NCBI GenBank assembly: GCA_040770465.1
Contig: JAXGJB010000004.1
Location: 47,117 to 111,116, forward strand
Length of the DNA stretch: 64,000 nt
Direction of reading: 5' to 3'
Source: Methanothrix sp.
Lineage (GTDB): Archaea > Halobacteriota > Methanosarcinia > Methanotrichales > Methanotrichaceae
Shown piece after piece: positions 59,766 to 64,000 of this stretch. Below the pieces are notes generated by a model. It was not told the DNA's origin. It ran no database searches and worked only from the letters and a program-made list of their open reading frames with translations. Made by a program: the position numbers and the translations under genes. Numbering within the stretch: the first letter of the stretch is position 1; each line of letters starts with the position of its first letter.

Positions 59766-60956
59766 ATGACGAGAAATATCAAGGTCGAGAAGATAAGCCA
59801 GCAGCCAGTCGAAGAGCAGATGATCGAGCTTGTGGAGAGGAAGGGGATCGGCCACCCCGACAGCATCGCCGACGGCCTGGCGGAGTCGATCAGCCGCGCC
59901 CTCTGCCACGAGTACAAGGACCGGGTCGGAGCCGTCCTCCACCACAACACCGACGAGACCCAGGTGGTGGCCGGCAGGTCCTGCCCTGCCTTCAGAGGCG
60001 GCGAGATCATCCAGCCGATCTACATCCTCCTCTCCGGGAGGGCCACCCGGTTCTTCGGCGACGTGGAGATCCCCGTCGACGTCATCGCCCGGAGGACCGC
60101 GAAGGAGTACATCAAGAACGTCCTCTGCAACATCGACGTCAGCGACCACGTCATCCTCGACTGCAAGATCGGGACCGGCTCCTCCGACCTCCAGGACGTC
60201 TTCAAGAGGAAGGTCCCCGGCGCCAACGACACATCCTTCGGCGTCGGCTACGCCCCCTTCTCCGAGACCGAGACCGTCGTCTACAACACCGAGAGGTTCC
60301 TCATGGACCTGAAGAGGAGGATCCCGGCCATCGGCGAGGACGTCAAGGTTATGGCCATGAGGTCCGGCGATCTGATCCACCTCACCGTCGCCTGCGCCAT
60401 GGTGGGAAGGCACCTCGACGACCTCAACGACTACATGGAGACTAAACAGGAGATCATCCGGGAGATCGAGGAGAACGTCTGCTCCTGCGCAAAGCGAGAG
60501 GTCAAAGTCCAGCTGAACGTCGCCGACGATCCCGCGTCGGGGTCGGTCTACCTCACCGTCTCAGGGACCTCCGCGGAGATGGGAGACGACGGCTCCGTGG
60601 GCAGGGGAAACCGGGCCAACGGCCTCATCACCCTCAACCGTCCCATGAGCATGGAGGCGACTTCGGGCAAGAATCCGATAAGGCACGTCGGCAAGATCTA
60701 CAACCTCCTCTCGACCCAGATCGCAAACAAGATCGTGGCCGAGGTGGACGACGTCGGCGAGGTCTACGTCAGGATCCTCTCTCAGATCGGAAAGCCCATC
60801 GACGACCCCCACATGCTCAGCATCCAGACCACGGTGAAGGAGGGGGCAAACTTCGCAAAAGTCCAATCCGAGGCTGAAGAGATCGCAAACCAGTGGCTCG
60901 ACGACATCCTGGTGATCCAGGACAAACTGATGAAGGGCGAGCTGAAGACCTTCTGA
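59766..60956 (+). CDS. mat: S-adenosylmethionine synthetase (archaeal)
   Basis: [28 protein letters not shown]...HVGKIYN. Confidence 0.95.
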   Translation: MTRNIKVEKISQQPVEEQMIELVERKGIGHPDSIADGLAESISRALCHEYKDRVGAVLHHNTDETQVVAGRSCPAFRGGEIIQPIYILLSGRATRFFGDVEIPVDVIARRTAKEYIKNVLCNIDVSDHVILDCKIGTGSSDLQDVFKRKVPGANDTSFGVGYAPFSETETVVYNTERFLMDLKRRIPAIGEDVKVMAMRSGDLIHLTVACAMVGRHLDDLNDYMETKQEIIREIEENVCSCAKREVKVQLNVADDPASGSVYLTVSGTSAEMGDDGSVGRGNRANGLITLNRPMSMEATSGKNPIRHVGKIYNLLSTQIANKIVAEVDDVGEVYVRILSQIGKPIDDPHMLSIQTTVKEGANFAKVQSEAEEIANQWLDDILVIQDKLMKGELKTF

Positions 60957-60976
60957 AGAGAGAAAATTCTAATCCG

Positions 60977-61006
60977 TCAGAAGTCGAAGAGGGACTTCTG
61001 GCGGTC
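60977..61006 (-). repeat. Duplicated rfcL 3' end (PIP box plus stop), direct repeat of 63061-63090
   Basis: 27/30 nt identical; encodes DRQKSLFDF* versus DRQRSLFDF*. Confidence 0.85.
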
Positions 61007-61139
61007 TTGCTCCGCCAGGGCGGCGAAGACAACCAGCTCGGTGAGGGCGTCGACCAGAAACTGCCAACCGTCGGCGACGAGAGCTAGGGGAGCTGTACCT
61101 GCAGAAGAGAAGGGGGATGATCACCTCCACCCAGGTTCT

Positions 61140-62831
61140 CTATTTGTGAATCACTATTTCTGGTTCAAACTTCAGAAGCGAAGTATCAACTGACACACCA
61201 TCCGGGACAACACCTTTAGGTAAGCCTTTTAAGATTTCCAATATTCCTGAAGCGAAGGACCTTATGTCAGTTGCAATCCTGAGTTTTGCGTTAGCAGTAT
61301 TTAGCTCATAAACCCTGTAGATGTCGTATCTTTCAGGGCCTGAGAAGATTCTTTTTAATTCTCCATAAGATATATGGAATCGGCGGTCAAATTCCCCGTT
61401 TGTAGATTTCACATCAACATTGATTCTTTCATCATTGTAATTTATTATATAAAAATCATAGGGGGAAATTGCATTTTTCTTAGAAGCCCACTCGAATTGC
61501 TTTATTTTGCCATTTTCGCATAGGGATTGCAGGTAAGCATTTATAAACTCTTCACCTGCGATACCTACTTCGAAGACATATCTTTTAATTTCTTGAATGC
61601 GTTCTTGAGAAATCTCTATCTCATGATAGCCATTTAATCCGATATCTTCGAGATCTGAATCTATCTTATGAATTGTTTTAGTATTAGCTTGTTTCAAATT
61701 CATATTTATTATAATTCTACTTAATAGATTGTTGTTGTATGGCGGAAAGAAAGCCTGTTCTCTAGTGTATTTATCGTCAGCATACATATATATAATATCA
61801 TTTATTGATGCAATTTCCAAATTTTCGTCGAGTTTCAGAGCTTCATTATAGGAATTGATTGCTAAATGCGGATCTAACAACTTTTCCTGGGAAGCTCCTT
61901 TTCCGATCAAAGCTAATACACAATAGGTAGAATCTGTATCAATAGCGACATCAAAGCTATTTATTGCCTCATTATACTTCGCCATTGAATAAAGTGCTAA
62001 ACCCTTATTTATGTATATAAGTGATATATATTGTGGTGATATTGAATACGTAGACGTTAGAGCAATTATTTCGTCGTAAACCTGAATAGCTTTATCACAT
62101 TTAGAGTCAAGGTGTAGGGATATGCCCACGGACATTGCACTTAGAGCCACGAAATTAGGATCTATTTTTAATGCATCTGTATATAATTTTTCAGCATCCT
62201 CCGCTTTTCCCCATTTTTTATAGTAATTTGCCTTACCGATTAAAGCATTTATCTCTTTATTATTTAACGATAGTGCTCTAGTATAACTCTCAAGGGCTTC
62301 GTCGTACATCTCTAAATTATACCACGCATTTCCTTTATTTGCCAGAATATATGCAAGCTCCTTATCCCTTCTTGCACCTATTGCTTTATCATATAATCGA
62401 ATCGCTTCCCGAAAATTTTCCATAGAACTATGAACAAGACCTTTAGCGTTATAAATAATACTTTTAGCATTTAATATTACTGATGTGATTTTCTCTATCT
62501 CAAGGCATTTATCAAAACACTCTGAAGCATCACTATACGCTCCTAAGCAGATATACGTATCACCTTTCTCAGAAAAACCATCAAATCTCTGATAATTTTC
62601 TTTACTTAATTCTAGATATTGATTAAAACATAGAATAGCTTCCATATATTTTCCAATTTCCCTTAAAGCAAGTCCTTTACCCATTAAAGCTTCTAGATTG
62701 TTCTCGTCCATTTGAATTGCATTATCATAATATTTTATAGCCTCTGAATATTTGTTACTATTAAAATACAAATCTCCACTCTTGACCACAGGATGTGACA
62801 CATGTCTTTTAAGTTGACTCATAAATAGCAC
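61140..62831 (-). CDS. AT-rich TPR-repeat protein with C-terminal DUF3883/NOV_C PD-(D/E)xK-like nuclease domain
   Basis: About nine TPRs, then GIAGEEFI...SPYDF...VDVKST...FHISYGE. Confidence 0.8.
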   Translation of the reverse strand: MLFMSQLKRHVSHPVVKSGDLYFNSNKYSEAIKYYDNAIQMDENNLEALMGKGLALREIGKYMEAILCFNQYLELSKENYQRFDGFSEKGDTYICLGAYSDASECFDKCLEIEKITSVILNAKSIIYNAKGLVHSSMENFREAIRLYDKAIGARRDKELAYILANKGNAWYNLEMYDEALESYTRALSLNNKEINALIGKANYYKKWGKAEDAEKLYTDALKIDPNFVALSAMSVGISLHLDSKCDKAIQVYDEIIALTSTYSISPQYISLIYINKGLALYSMAKYNEAINSFDVAIDTDSTYCVLALIGKGASQEKLLDPHLAINSYNEALKLDENLEIASINDIIYMYADDKYTREQAFFPPYNNNLLSRIIINMNLKQANTKTIHKIDSDLEDIGLNGYHEIEISQERIQEIKRYVFEVGIAGEEFINAYLQSLCENGKIKQFEWASKKNAISPYDFYIINYNDERINVDVKSTNGEFDRRFHISYGELKRIFSGPERYDIYRVYELNTANAKLRIATDIRSFASGILEILKGLPKGVVPDGVSVDTSLLKFEPEIVIHK

Positions 62832-63060
62832 TTTTTCAGAGAAATATATATCATTTTTGGCTGATTGCAGCTTTATCCGTCGATCATTCCTCTTTGGGCT
62901 CCTTTAAGGATTCGGGTTTTCAGGGTCAAACAATAACCAGATGAATTGGGGGGAAGGTATCGGCTCGGTGGAGGAGCCTCGGTACTGGGCTGGTCCCTTT
63001 TCTTTTCTGGGCAGCCTAGATAATCTCGTCTTCAAACTTTTCCAAAAATGTCTTTCCCGC

Positions 63061-64000
63061 TCAGAAGTCGAAAAGTGACCTCTGGCGGTCGTCCTTCTCC
63101 GGCTCCGTCGGCTCGGCGCCTTGGTCGGAGGACTCCTCCAATTCGGCCTCCCTAACCGGCTCCGCCTTTTCCTCCTCTCGATCGATCTCCTCCGAGCCCG
63201 CCTCGGGGTCGTCTTCGTCGAGAGCGTCCTTTTTGGCCTTATCCGCCCTTCGAGGCCGCTCCCTCTTTTCGGCCTTCTCCGGCTTTTTGGCTCCGCCCCA
63301 GGCGATCTCGATCTCCGAGACCCTCTCCTCTTCGAGGAGCTCCTGGGCGGCGTCGTAGAGCTTCGCCACCTTCTTGGTCGTGGGCTTTGTCCCCAGGAGG
63401 AGGGCGATCTCCTCGACGGAGAAGTCGAGAAGGGCCGCCACCTTCGGCCCCGTCTCGGGATTCTTCAGGAGAAGGGCGAAGAGCCCCATCATCTCGGCCT
63501 TCGCCTGACGGGAGCTGATGTGACAGTGGCCTCCGATCTTCTTCGCCGCCGAGTCCCGGACCTGCCTTGCTCCCTTGGTCTGGCCCATCCTCCGCCAGTA
63601 GCTCGGAGGCCGGAAGGGTATGTATCCTCCTTTCTTCTCGGTCCGGGCTGCCTGGACGCCTCCTGTCATCATGAAGGAGGCGTACCGCCAGAGGCCGTAG
63701 TTCTGGCGCCGCCGGACCCGGCCGAGAAATACGTCGGCCCTTGAGAGCCTCTCGTATCCATTGGCCAGGTCTTTTGCGTTGTAGACCTGGGGGATGTTCT
63801 CGTCGATCCAGTGGACCAGGTCCTCGGGGCTCTCGTCTAATGTCCACGCGATCTTGACCGCCTCGGAGGGGATGGAGCCTCGCAGGATCTTGGCGACCCC
63901 GTCGAAGATCGAGGACTTCGAGTCCCGGACGCCCGTCGCCACCTCGCCGACGTCAAGGGCTCCCTCCAGGGCAGCCTGGAGATCGTTTATGGCGCTCCGG
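63061..64000 (-). CDS. rfcL: Replication factor C large subunit, 5' part outside window
   Basis: WIDENIP, LSRADVFLGR, charged tail, terminal PIP box QRSLFDF. Confidence 0.92.
   Translation of the reverse strand, partial: RSAINDLQAALEGALDVGEVATGVRDSKSSIFDGVAKILRGSIPSEAVKIAWTLDESPEDLVHWIDENIPQVYNAKDLANGYERLSRADVFLGRVRRRQNYGLWRYASFMMTGGVQAARTEKKGGYIPFRPPSYWRRMGQTKGARQVRDSAAKKIGGHCHISSRQAKAEMMGLFALLLKNPETGPKVAALLDFSVEEIALLLGTKPTTKKVAKLYDAAQELLEEERVSEIEIAWGGAKKPEKAEKRERPRRADKAKKDALDEDDPEAGSEEIDREEEKAEPVREAELEESSDQGAEPTEPEKDDRQRSLFDF

Noticed and set aside
1-64000. Pyrrolysine/selenocysteine readthrough, inteins, tRNA introns
   Set aside because: No in-frame TAG/TGA-interrupted conserved gene or intein-sized insertion was noticed, and the tRNA is uninterrupted

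Overview
GC-rich archaeal chromosomal window, most consistent with an aceticlastic methanogen of the Methanothrix/Methanocrinis (Methanosaeta harundinacea-like) group; this is inferred from gene content, not a database search. From left to right it holds: a >1450-aa multi-module NosD/beta-helix surface protein that runs off the edge; a coenzyme M biosynthesis neighbourhood (marker-16/ComF, split comD/comE, and cysteate synthase with an uncharacterised ABC-ATPase/GTPase/Fe-S trio); an 18-kb surface-glycan locus (dTDP-rhamnose genes, Wzm/Wzt, a methyltransferase-coiled-coil-GT2-GT2 protein, a frameshifted aglB); housekeeping genes (hpt, bcp, GGR with ferredoxin, tpiA, core methionine synthase, thrC, elp3, hisG, tRNA-Arg(CCU), ArsA/Get3-like ATPase, mat, rfcL); and several AT-rich acquired segments. 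The most notable observations are an AT-rich TPR-DUF3883 nuclease gene bracketed by a duplicated rfcL PIP-box 3' end, an unannotated frameshifted amphipathic micropeptide locus with a structured-RNA candidate upstream of a fused ABC permease, two probable CTG starts, and recurrent short tandem duplications at gene ends, one of which appears to extend the Elp3 C-terminus. No CRISPR array, rRNA or intact transposase/integrase was seen.
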